From NCBI GenBank assembly GCA_965649825.1, contig OZ287704.1:360101-424100 (forward strand): a stretch of 64,000 nt of DNA, read 5' to 3'. The stretch's first letter is position 1. Every line of letters starts with the position of its first letter. This document shows positions 13,473 through 25,552 of this stretch, one piece after another. Position numbers and translations under genes: made by a program. Source of the stretch: Penicillus capitatus (taxonomy: Eukaryota; Plantae; Chlorophyta). The notes under the pieces were generated by a model. That model did no database searches. It worked only from the letters and a program-made list of their open reading frames with translations, and was not told the origin of the DNA.

Positions 13473-16002
13473 ATGGAACTCGAGCCGTTAATTGCGAGTC
13501 CACTCGGAAAGCCACGGAGTCCTTCGGCTTTTAATCGTGGCTCCTCTTCGATAGCGTCGCCAACTGCCCGGTCGCCAAAAAAACCGACATCAGTCAACCT
13601 CGAAGGCGGTGACTGGCTTTTAACAACGTTACTGATCACTTTGGACGCCGTTCTGGTAACTTCGCATCAGAGCGCATGTCTTCCGACAATGCATGTCGTG
13701 TCTTAGTTGGAGTTGTATAAGAGTGAAAACACGCGCTGGGCGACATTTCTCACATGGTTCGTTCATTACGAGTGCGGCAATGGATGGGTTTGCGAACTGC
13801 TCAATACTCTATACATTATGGCTGTCGCTGTTGCCAATGTGACTCTTCTGATTCCTGTCATCAATGTGAATGTCCGGACACCATCAAGAAGAACGTGGAG
13901 GGGATGGTTGGTGTTTGCGTGGGCCGGTCTGCTTTTAGTCGATGCCATGACCGTCCTGCAGGTTCAGGATTCCATTCGGAAATGCATGAATAACGAAGAA
14001 GAGGATGTCGACAGCTGGACAGCACATTTCTGGTTGATAGGGATGGCTCTCGTCCTGGCGGTGGCATTGAATATGCGTTTCATTTACCTCTATGGCTGCT
14101 TTACATGCATGACCTGTAACGAAGACCGTCTGCTCCGCAAGAGAGAAGGGCTCCGTCAGATCTACATCAATAGCAATCGACGTCGTCGTGAGCACAGCGA
14201 AGCACGGCAACAGATGCATGCAAATGCGCAATCTCTGTTGAACGGTGCGTATTCACGCGTCCCAATACGCACTGTCTGACTGCTCTGCTGCAGTGGTTCG
14301 GGCTCCTCAGCTGCACAGGTTCAATACGGGCGAGTTTCTGGAACAGGTGGCCACCGGTTTCCGGCAGTTCGTTGGCAGAAAAGTCCGTTTCGTGCGGACC
14401 ACCAATTTGAACATTGCTCGTGGGGAATCGGTCGATAGCAATGCCGATTTCCAGGAACACCTGAATCGTCTACTGGATGTCGATTACCTGACGTCGTGGA
14501 AAGGTTACATCGTGGGGAAAGTGAAGCAGATGTATACAGAAGTGGCAGAAGTGGAAAACTGTTTCGAGTATTCTTCCTGGATCAAAGCCGCCGCCATTTT
14601 TGCTGTTCTGATGCTAATCTACAACTGCATCAAGACGACAGAGATTCTGTTTAATCTGGCTTCATCCTGGGACGACTATCATAACTTGGCTGTTCGTTTT
14701 CAGGACAGCCTGTCAAGCACGAGGGACACACTGGGCGACTTGGATGAAAACCTAAAAGCGATACCCGATACGACGACGTCCTATAACGGAACGGTCGCTG
14801 CTGTGGCCAACGAGACGTTGCCATCTGTCGTGCAAAATATATCGCAATTGCAAGGAATCCTGGGCGAACTTGACAAGGCCACAGGGAGTGCGTATGATGT
14901 GGCTGGAGTGATGTTGGACGTGGCCCTGCTAACAACTGCCACACTTGTCAACATTACAGATCTTGAAGATAACGCCGTTGTGGGCGCCTTCTACTACATC
15001 GACAGTATTATTCCGATCCTCAGATACACCTGCATCATTGGCTATCCGATTGGCACATTGATCGGTCTGCATTCACTCTACCAAGTCCTGGTCCAACATA
15101 AGAGAATGAGTCTGGCACTGGAACAGGCTTTGTCGGCCAGAACGCCACATCTCATGGGAAAACTGGACGTTGATGAAGAGGATGCACGGGAGACGCTGTT
15201 GGGAATCGATAAGAAATACGAAATCGGCGGAGCTGTGTATTTTTTCGGCATCTTGATGAGCACAGCCGTTGTGCAGCAACACATTTTCGGCTTCTCTGTC
15301 ACCATCTTCGTCGCTATGATCATCAACGTGAAGAATTTTGATGTGTTGCTCAACATTGGAGGCTACCTCGTCTTTGTGTATCTGACAGTGATGATCACAA
15401 ATCTCTTTCTGACACATATCATCGGTGATCGCCTTTTGACGAAAAGAGGATTCCAGATACAACATCCATGGCTTTTCTTTCTCTATCTCTTCACCTTTTC
15501 AATGGTCCATGCAGTTTTGGGATTTCTTTATGCATTGTGGCGAGCCCTGTTGCTGCTGGTGACCACTTTCTGGGTACTCAATCGATTGGACGTCTCGCTG
15601 TTTTTGACTGGGAAGCAATTTGACAATGGTCATTACTCTTTCATGTCCATGCTTCTACTGACAAGAGTCATTCGACTGACCAACATTGCTCAAGGACACA
15701 TCCAAGCACCGAACGGCCAGAATCCAGATGCCTTATCGGAATCCAGCCTGTCAGGAGATTTCTCCTCTCGTCTCGGCAGTATAGATCCGAGTGAAGAAGT
15801 GTCTGCTGATGGAAATGCGAATGGAGATGGCGAGATGAACATCGCCTCCCCGCCTGCGCCTGTTTCCTTTAATCCAGAAGCCACGACTGCACCCAATGGG
15901 GAGATCGAAGCGGGCAACGATACAGACCTTCCGCCTCCTTCTGTTGACCGTGAAGATATCTCGATTTCGGTGCGCGGAGAGAACCCTGGACCATCTGTCT
16001 AA
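13473..16002 (+). CDS. STRA6 / RBP-receptor-like multipass membrane protein (3 exons inferred)
   Basis: Many TM helices. The C-terminal block GFLYALWRALL...LNRLDVSLF...FDNGHYSFMSML matches the recalled vertebrate STRA6 block GAMVATWRVLL...LGQMDLSLL...LDPGYYTYRNFL. AVVQQHIFG matches STRA6 LLVQQIIFF. Confidence 0.7.
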
Positions 16003-16674
16003 GAACTGTTACGCATTCGTTCGATCCATCATTGCTTTGTAGAGAACAAAGCTGTTTCGGCAGCATTGCCTCTTCCAATTGTGCCATCCACCATTTGACC
16101 GCCATGCAATGAACGAGCGGGCATAGATAAATCGGGAGCCTGTCCTGAGGGACGGCACCATAACTCGACAATGTATGCTTCTCCTTGACCGATTACTGGG
16201 TGATGTTGTAAGAATCCTATCAATGATGTGTCCCCACACAATGATCACGTCATTTCGCAAGACACGCGATGGGACAGCTATTTGCGTATCACGATCGCGT
16301 TAGCGGAGACGGATTCGTTCGTCATCTCATCGACGACAGAATTCACTCACATCACGCTTCTGTGAATGCTGCTTCTAACCGTCGCGTCTTTGCTCTCGAC
16401 GGTGACTCCGTTCGGCGTCTTTAGACGTCAGAAACAGAGCAAGCATTAGAATGACGTCGATGTCGACGTGTCCCATGAGATGTTACCCATCTTGCATAAC
16501 AGTACTTGGAAGAGTGATTGGACGACGTGAAGATTGTCGTCGTCCGTGCTTGTGGTGTTCGTGGTTTTGTGGATGGCGTATGACGCCTGTCCGTCTGTTT
16601 GTTTGTCGTCAGTGGCTGAGACATTTGTGCATTAATCGCGTCACCCATTGATTTCTGGGCTCCATTTTCCTTCT

Positions 16675-18424
16675 ATGCTCACCGCGTCGCTACCTCACCT
16701 TCTTTCTCGGTTGAACGATGTCGAGTTCGACCGGAAGACCACCGGGATCCTGGCAGGGTCCGTCTCCGTGGTCTGTCTCGCCGCCTACAGTTATCGCTGC
16801 TATCGACGCGCTGTGAAAAAACGATCTCGTCTTCTGCCGCCATCGACGTTACCTCAAGACGCCTACGATGCCGTCATCGTCGGCGCTGGACCTGCCGGTT
16901 CGACGGCGGCGTGGTTTATGAGTCGTGGCGGTGGCCGAGTCGCTCTGCTCGATAAAGAAAAGTTCCCCCGTGACAAGTACTGTGGGGATGCGGTCTGTAC
17001 GCCGGCGATCCATATCCTCGAAGAGATGGGGGTCATGTCGGTATTGAAGGAGAAAAATGAAGTGCATTTCGCTAATGCGGGAGGATTTGTGAGTCCCCAT
17101 GGCTATTGCTATATCGGCGCCACAGAGAAACGCCTCGGCGAGGCAGCTGCCTGTGCCGTCAAGCGCATTCATTTGGATACACGTCTGGCTAAACATGCAG
17201 AGAAAGCAGGAGCCGTTCTGCGTGAATCCTTTGAAGTGGTGAACGCCGAGTTCGACAAATCGACATGTCTATGGAGCGTCACATCATCGCAGGTCTCGCC
17301 ATCTGAAGGATCTGTCAGATGAAGGGATGGGGATCGGAATGGTGCAGGGAGAGATCGTGAAAGGACGTGTGTTAGTTTGTGCAGATGGTGCCACATCAAA
17401 ACTGGCAACGAAGCTCGGCTACTGTACCGAACCGCCCGAAGGTATCTGCAGTCGAGCCTATGTCAAGGGTGGCACCCACAATGCCAAGTTCGATGGTGCG
17501 AGATCTCTCCTCTCTTCCATCGCAGCGTCTTCTCATATCGGCAATTGTATGTGTAGGCGTGTGCTTCTACCCAAAAGAGACGCTTCCGGGTTACTTTGCC
17601 ATTTTCCGACATCCTAACGAAGAGCTCAATCTGTGCTGCTATCTAATCCCGAGTGGCAAGAAGGGATGGTGTGGCAACGTCAGGGTATGAGTTGAGGGGT
17701 GTGATGCATGCTGTGTGATGTGACATGTCTGTAGGAGTCCGATTTGGCACGGCTACATAACGATGCGATCGAGAACGATCCGTTTGTCAGTCGAGCATTG
17801 GGTCCGACACCTGACATCGAGAGAATGAAGGCGTCCTCTTTGAGAATTGGAGGACAGGGGATCAAACAGAGTTATGATGATCATCTGTTGATCATCGGAG
17901 ACGCCGCGGGTCACATCGATCCTTTAACAGGAGAGGGAATTCACACAGCCATGATGGGGGGCAAAGCGGCAGCCGAGACGCTTTTGGAAATGAAGAAGTC
18001 TGGCGACTATTCGGCCGAGGCGACGCGATTGTACTACCACAAATGGATGAAAGCCTACGGCCACGACTTCGGCATGGTAAACATTCAGATCACGTCACAA
18101 AATGCATGAGGCGTTGTGTGTCCAGTCCCGCAAAGCTGCCAATCTGGTATTCCGTTATCCCATCGTTTTAGACGCTCTTGCCAAAGAGACCGAACGAAAA
18201 GGTCGCCATCCATTGCCACGTGTGATGTGACGTGTGAGATCTCGGTCGATGCTGTAGGCGATGAATTCTTGGCGAGGTATGCCGAGGTGATGACTTGCAT
18301 GCGTCCCAAGTCCTATTTCCTACGGCCAGATGTGATGCTGCCGATGGGGTTCGCTGTTCTCCGAGAAGTCATCAATCAAAAGATCTTTGGGAGTCCATCG
18401 CAGTACGTACGTTCGGCAAAGTGA
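16675..18424 (+). CDS. Geranylgeranyl reductase-family FAD-dependent oxidoreductase with N-terminal membrane anchor, multi-exon
   Basis: YDAVIVGAGPAGSTAA (Rossmann fold), LLDKEKFPRDKYCGDAV, VCADGATS, LLIIGDAAGHIDPLTGEGIHTAMMGGKAAAE. Confidence 0.88.
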
Positions 18425-18530
18425 ATGCAACATCTTTTGTCATTGAGCTCAAACGCAATCAATTGAGCAACTGCATCGTTTACCTTCTTGTTGAAATCGC
18501 AACGCATCCCTGTCCCTTTGGCGAGACGAG

Positions 18531-19209
18531 ATGACGACGCATTGCGCGATCCGTGACGCCCGGTGTGTCGTAAGAGGGTCAGCAAGTCGCCAAGAAGGTC
18601 TTGTGACGACATCGACCATCGGGCGTTATTCGGGGTTTCGTCGCATCGACGGCGTTGCTCCTTCACGTCGCTCAACGGCACACATCGAAAAAGTGTGACA
18701 TGACAGGACATGATACTCTCTCACACATCTCTCCGCACAGGGACGTCTGCCTTTAGAGATCCAATGCGTTCGCGTTGCCAATGTCGAAATCCCCAATCAG
18801 AAACGCATCGAGTGTTCGCTGACGTATATCTACGGCATTGGTTTTCCCACAGCACGGAAGATTCTCAAGGACACGGTGTGCTGAGAAGATCCATACCCCA
18901 AGATGTCTTGCCGATCCTTATATGCAGGGAGTAGAGAACAAGAGGACATATGAGCTGTCTGATGAGGAGCTGGTGACTGTGCGTGAAGAGGTGGATAAAT
19001 ACACCGTCGAGGGTGATCTTCGGCGCAAAGTCCGGGCCGATATTCAATTGCTCAAAGACATTGGGTGTTACCGAGGGCGACGCCACTCCATGGTCAGATC
19101 GTCCTTCGATTCCTAGCCTTTCTCTATGGCGGCGGAGTTTTAGGGTCTGCCTTGTCGGGGACAGAAAACGAAGACGAACGCACGAACGCATAAGGGTCGG
19201 CGAGATTAA
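18531..19209 (+). CDS. rps13: Organellar (plastid-type) 30S ribosomal protein S13 with transit peptide; 3' end uncertain
   Basis: [55 protein letters not shown] assembled across introns. Confidence 0.9.
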
Positions 19210-19474
19210 TTAAGGTGTGGATGAACGCTGTGTAAAGACGACGGACGGTGTGTTTGTTCGTTCGCTGCCTCGGCTCGGCGCTGTGTTCTCGAATCAGACG
19301 GCTGAGGTGCACTTAAGCGTAACAGTGATGGGCGTCGCACCCGAAACCATAAAGGTTATCCGACCACTCATCATTTCTCAAGAACCGCGCGCCGAGGCGC
19401 AGAAAGGATCGAGCATTTCCGGCGAGATGCGAGGATAAAGATCGATGACGTCACATCATGTCATGTCGGACAGG

Positions 19475-20823
19475 TTACGTCACATAGATCTCCTTTACAC
19501 GTTTGATATAGTCCGCCTTTTCGAAGCATCCCTCACAGGAGACCCCATGTTCCCTCAGGATCTCTTTCAGCTGCGAGGCAGTCAGTGCTTCGATATCCTT
19601 CACAGAGCTGATGTGAATCTGCTTATTGCATTTGCGTCCAGCGGTGAAGGTATTGAGAAATGTCCGAATGCGATCGGGCTGCATCTTCTTTGTAAAGGGC
19701 TCCGTCGTCTCGCTCTTGCCATTGCACACAGCGATCAGCGACGGATAGGATGTGACATTAAACTTGGGAGCCAGTGAAACGACATTCTTCCCCTGGACCT
19801 CCCCAAATAGGATGCGCCCTTCGTACATGAAGGCAAGACTCTTGTACAGGGCCGACGTCACTGTCTTCTCTGTAAAGAGCAGCATACAGACGCGCCACGA
19901 TGCCTTTCCTTTCCCGCCACTGCCACATCGGGTCAAGAATTCGTCCAGCTGACGGGGCTTGGAGATCGGTACGACGTGATCGGGAATGAGTGATAGGGCC
20001 CATCTCTGGAGATTCTTCGATGTTCGATCGCCGTCGAACTCGACGCCGCGTTTGTTGCCTCCTGTCCAGAAGGCTTTGATTGTTGGGTAGCCATCGATGT
20101 CGTGTGTACGACACAGACGCTCGTGCTTGTCGCAATTGACAGCCAACACTTTGACGACGCCTTGCAGCGTCTTTCCGAGAGCACTCCATTTGGGAGAAAG
20201 CGATCTGCAATGCCCACACCATGGGGCATAGAATTCGATCAGCCGTACCCAACCGAACGTATCTTCATCGAAATTCTCATCCGTTAGCTCGTGCACGTAG
20301 GGATCGTCTTTGTAGAAATCTTCTGCCTGTCTCCGTTGTCGCTGACCAAATCCACCACCACCACCTCCTCCTCCGCCGCCAAACTGAAATCGGAATCCAC
20401 CGGCACCGTTTCCCGTTTCTTCGCCAAAGACCCATTCGAAAATGCGATCGGCTCCCTGAAAGTGAAATCGCTGTCCGCCACCTCCACCGTTGCCGCCTTG
20501 AAATGCCGATTCTCCGAATCGATCATACTGGGCACGTTTTTCGGCATCCGACAGCACTTCGTATGCTTCACCAATTTCCATGAATTTCTTACTAGCTTCC
20601 TCCTGATTGGCCGGGTTTCTATCCGGGTGCCATTTCCTACACAGCACCTCTTTGCCCATACTCGAAACGGCGTTCCATACATTGCTTGTTTCTTGTAGGC
20701 GCGCTTAATCGTGGCGTCGTCGGCATCGGTGTCTATACCCAGAATATCATAATACCGTCTCTCTCGCACCGCTTCGCCCAGTCGAATGGTCCACAGAACG
20801 CAAAGAACAACGAAGAATCGCAT
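19475..20823 (-). CDS. ER DnaJ-thioredoxin co-chaperone (ERdj3A/TMS1-like): signal peptide, J domain, Trx WCGHC, Trx-like domain, C-terminal SAP/ARMET-like module
   Basis: [18 protein letters not shown] signal peptide, YYDILG...[40 protein letters not shown]. Confidence 0.88.
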
Positions 20824-21108
20824 TTCACTCGTGCAGGAATCGCTTGATGGTGCGACGACGACGACGTCGACGATGTTACTGGACACGTGTCACCATTCGC
20901 CGTATGTGAACGCCGTCTACGATGATCCCTCCCCAGGCTCATTGTCACTGACGCGTGTTCTTTATTGCCACCGTTGCTTTCTAGAAACAAATAAGCGATT
21001 CTGGCGAAAACGGCTTTAGGTTGGGTCAGTCATTTCTTGACTGCATTTTGCCGAAAGCTTCTGCGCCATCGACTCCTTTATCTGCAACGCCCTGGTGATG
21101 AAACAAAG

Positions 21109-22408
21109 ATGAACGACACGCATCGTCGACCTCTCGAAGAACGAAAAGATGACCGACGATGTGACACTCCGCCAACAGTACCGACGTCTATGACTGAGAA
21201 CAACTCCGAAAATAAAGAGAATGCACATGGCACGGCGAGAAGTAGACATAACGGTTGATCGTCATCTCGTCCTGTACGAGGAGAAGACTTAACTCGGTGT
21301 CCAGGTGTTTCGCTGCGACCGGTCGGTACAAAATCAGAATCCGCAACACTCCCGTGGAAAATCCAACATCCGCTAACGGGCACAAAAATGTCGTACAAAC
21401 TGGAAGATTTCGAGTTGGGAGCACTTCTGGGTTGTGGGAAGTATGGAAGGGTGTACCGTGCCAAAGATCTCGTTCGGAACAAAACGGTCGCACTTAAAGT
21501 GAACCAGCCAGTCATGTCACATCAGAGCAGATCTGCTAAAAAGGAGATCTGCTGTGTGTAGCTGATTGATATGGATCAGATAGAACAAGATTCTTTTCAG
21601 CAGCAGATCGTGAGGGAGATAGAAATTCAGGGCAACCTGCAACACGACAACATCATTCAGCTTTTTGGATTTTTTATTCGACGGGTAACGCGCCATCTCC
21701 CACGGCTTCTGCTTTTGGCGGGTGTTGATGTGACTTAGAGGACAGTGTATATCGTCCTGGAATTCGCACCGCAAGGTTCTCTCTACGACCAACTCCAAGA
21801 AAACGGATGCTTTAGTGAACGCGTCGTCGCAGAGTATCTCATCCAGTCGCATCAAATAGATCTCGAGGTTGTCGGTGTTTTTTAGGTATTTGCGAGTGTT
21901 GACCAAAGCTGTATGGCATTTGCATGGGCATGGAGTGATGCATCGGGATATCAAACCAGAGAATGTGCTGGTCGGAGAACACGGAGAGGTGAAGCTGGCT
22001 GACTTTGGATGGTCATTGCTTTACCCTAAAGGACGCTGCAAGACATTGTGTGGCACAATCGAGTATCTGGCTCCCGAAATGGTAATGGGGGAGGGATATG
22101 ATGAGAGCATCGATGTCTGGAGTCTTGGCGTTCTCTCCTACGAACTGCTTTTTGGCCACACGCCTTTTACGCACACCAATCACATTCGCATCTCCAAGCT
22201 CATCAAGAAAACGCGTTATTCCTTCCCGTCTGCCCCCGTCGTGTCACAAACGGCCAAAGATTTCATAAGTGCAGTAAGTGATCGACGCGGTTCGAGTGTT
22301 GATGTGACAGGCGCTGATCTGCAGATTCTGGTTCGTGATTCTGGAAAGAGGATTGGTTTGAGGGGGATGCTGAGTCATCCATTTCTGAAGGTGGACAAGA
22401 TGGACTGA
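21109..22408 (+). CDS. Aurora-family Ser/Thr kinase, multi-exon; start approximate
   Basis: LEDFELGALLGCGKYGRVYRA, QIVREIEIQGNLQHDNIIQLFGFF, VYIVLEFAPQGSLY, HRDIKPENVL, KLADFGWS, TLCGTIEYLAPEMV. Confidence 0.92.
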
Positions 22409-22474
22409 TGGTCTTTTCGATTTGAATGTACGTACGTCATCCGGGTCTCTGCGCGAAGGAGACGTCCAAACGGA

Positions 22475-23522
22475 ATGCTCTTCATTGCGCCCGTTGTGTC
22501 TCTGAATCACCATCTTTTTCTTAGCCGGTGTCCCAGCCGCCGCGACGCGCGTCGATTAACAGCCACGAGAAACGGAGACGAGCAGACGGCGCGGCAGAAG
22601 TACCTCGACGAAGCGGCTCGCGATTTTTCCCAAGGTACGGCAGCCCTTGTATCCATCGATGCGACGCACCTGGTGCAGGCATCGAGGCAGGACTGACGCC
22701 AGATGAAATTGTTCGTCTGCAGATGGGCGTAGAGAGCGAAGACGAACTGACTGACGCCCAACGTCGCTACAAAACCAAAATCATCAGCAAACTCGAAAGA
22801 GTGAGTGAGTGGTGGACCACACATTCACAATCTCACACCATTAATCCAGCGTTTTCTTCCAGCGAGCAGCGGAGCTAGAGAGACAGAAGGGTGCTCCGTG
22901 CGTTGAATTCGAAATGGCAAAGGCGGCATATGGACGTGGTAGCTATCCAACATGTTGTGATCTCCTGGAGAAGGCCGCTTTGGAACACAATGAGAATTCG
23001 ATTCTTGGCGGGGAGATCCGTTTGTGGCTCGCTCTGACTTATCAGGTTATCTTTTGTCGTTCAGGCAATGCTCACTTCTATCCATCGCTGTTCCAGGCAC
23101 TTGGCAAGACGAAAGAGTGCGTCGAGCTGTTCCGTCGACTCGAAGACCATCCAAACAAGAAGACGCGACGACAGGCGAAAGACTTGCTCTACATTATCGA
23201 AGCACCCAAGCTTCGTATTGGTGAAGACGAGCGCGTCGAGCTACCCGTTTTGAAAGACCTCGAACGCGCACCGTCGTTTCAACCGTCGTGCTGTTCTTGT
23301 CGCTCAATATTTCTGTGCTGCCGCAGACCACGGATGTCTATCTCCAGAACGCGTTCGAGACAAACGTCACGTCGCGTTGCCGAGCGAGAGAAGACATTCG
23401 AAGAGAGTTTCTGGGAGGATTTCCAGCCACCCATTGTCCTACGTAATCGCTATGTCCAGGCGGCCTTTGTGGCGATTGCGCTGTGCCTTGCTGTCTATTC
23501 GGGTATCTACCGATCACGATGA
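22475..23522 (+). CDS. Conserved TPR-like protein with C-terminal TM helix, probably plastid-targeted (resembles a cyanobacterial/plant family)
   Basis: Transit-peptide-like N-terminus, AKAAYGRGSY, GGEIRLWLALTYQ, HPNKKTRRQAKDLLYIIEAPKL and a C-terminal hydrophobic helix. Confidence 0.7.
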
Positions 23523-23620
23523 TGTGACAGTTCTCGTTCGTCGTTTCTTCGTTACTTCCTGGGTCCTCCAAGCCGCGTTACCGTTCTCCAAGTCGCCAGC
23601 ATTCGTTTGACGGACGCAAC

Positions 23621-25423
23621 ATGGACTACTCGGATACCTATCTCGACTCGCATTCCGACAGAAGCTCGCTCTATGAGATAGACGACGACACTTACAACGG
23701 CATTGCCGTGGAGTCGATGGACGAAGACAACTATTTCGACGATGACGACGTCGTTGCGCCACGTCGTGAAGCGCCATGGGATATCATCTCACCCGACAAC
23801 ATTCAACAGCACCAGGTATATCCTCCATAATACCCCCCTCTGCCCGACGCTGAAACGCACTGATTTGGCAGACGGAAATGCTCGGGGAGGTGGAGGAAGT
23901 CTTGGCCTGTGGTGCGGGAAAGGCACGCGTCTTGCTGATAGAGTACTGCTGGGACAAGACTCGACTGATGAGTAAAACCGCGTCGTGTATCCGAACAGAC
24001 GCCAATCGTTGGAGCACTGTCTGTAGATGACTACGTGGAGAAAGGTCGTGAATTCGTCTTCCGTCGTTCTGGGTGTTCTGTTGGGGAGAGCTCTGTGATG
24101 CCGCAAGAGAGTGAGAGAGCAATTGGAAGAAATGATGTGACAGATGTGCATATGTGTGCGTAGAGGTGCTAACCTGCGAATGCTGTTTTTGTCCCACGCG
24201 CAGAGAAGATGGAACTGTGATGTCATGTGGTCATTGGTTTTGCAATGAGTGTTGGATGGGACATTTCGAGGTGCAGATCCGCGAAGGCAACTCATGTCGA
24301 CTAAAATGCATCGGCTATAAATGCGGTTGCATCTGCGATGAAAAAACTGTGCGAATACTGCCTGCCTACTAGGGTCGTCATGTCTGATCTCACTCTTCTG
24401 ATGTAGGTTCTGAAATTGTTAGAGAAGCGAACAGATTTGCTAGAGCGCTATCAGCGAGCGCTGCTAGAATCGTATGTGAATGATAATGGCCATGTGAAAT
24501 GGTGCCCCAGTATCCCCAATTGTGGCAATGCCATACGTAACAATCGTGATGAGTGCTGCGAGCCTTTGTGCACATGCGGTCTCCATTTTTGCTTTAACTG
24601 TCTTTCTGAGGCGCACTCTCCCTGTACCTGCGAGATGTGGTTGGCATGGGAACGCAAGAGAGTGGACGACAGCGAAACAATGAACTGGATTACTGCCAAC
24701 ACGAAACAGTGTCCAAAATGCCACAAGCTGGTTGAGAAAAACGGCGGATGCAATCTCATGACATGCCGTTGCGGACAGCATTTCTGTTGGCTGTGTGGCG
24801 AAGCGACCGGGTTCGAACACACATACAACAGTATTTCCAACCATCAGTGTGGTCGTTGGAAGGATGAACTGGTAAAGAATATCGACGAAGCTGCCTTTTA
24901 TCACAAACGCTATATGCATTACTTCACACGATGGACTGGTCATCGTGACTCTCTCAGACGAGAGTCTGCCGTCAAAGAAGAGACCATTACTCTGCTCAAG
25001 AACTGGTCAGATACCTTGCAAAGACCTGTCGTGGAGTACAACTCACTGATTGGAACAGTGACGGTACTGACGACGGCACGAAGAGTCTTGTCCAACAGCT
25101 ATGTCTTTGCGTTTTTTCTTTGCGGAAAGAACTGGTATGCAGACGAAGTGCATCCAGAACAGACGTCCTTCAATCAACCGCTGTTTGAAGACATGCAGCA
25201 GCAGATCGAAGCAGAAGTTGAACGGCTATCAAAGCTGCTGTCCAAGACAGAGCTGGAGCCGGATCAAGTGCGAGAACATTTGGTGGAAGTGCTGAACTGT
25301 GCACGCATGGTATTACGTCGCTTGCAGAATTTCTATAATGGGATCAATTCTGGACTGCTCGGACAGTTGGAGCAGTCCGTGATCTCCATTTCAGATTTTA
25401 TGCCTCACAATCTCATCATTTAG
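23621..25423 (+). CDS. ARI: ARIADNE-class RBR E3 ubiquitin ligase, multi-exon
   Basis: Acidic N-terminus, RING1 (CECC...CGHWFCNECW...C...C), IBR (VKWCPSIPNCG...CTCGLHFCFNC...HSPCTC), RING2 (KQCPKCHKLVEKNGGCNLMTCRCGQHFCWLC), Ariadne domain (RYMHYFTRW, RRVLSNSYVFAF). Confidence 0.95.
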
Positions 25424-25552
25424 AAAAAGATGCCTGTAACAACACATCCCTATGAGAGCAGGTCCCCTGCTGCATAGTCTCGGGCTTTTTTGTGTTCTCC
25501 TGTATGTAATGGACGCAGAAGTAGTGTCTTTAACTTGTGAAAATTGCCTCCT

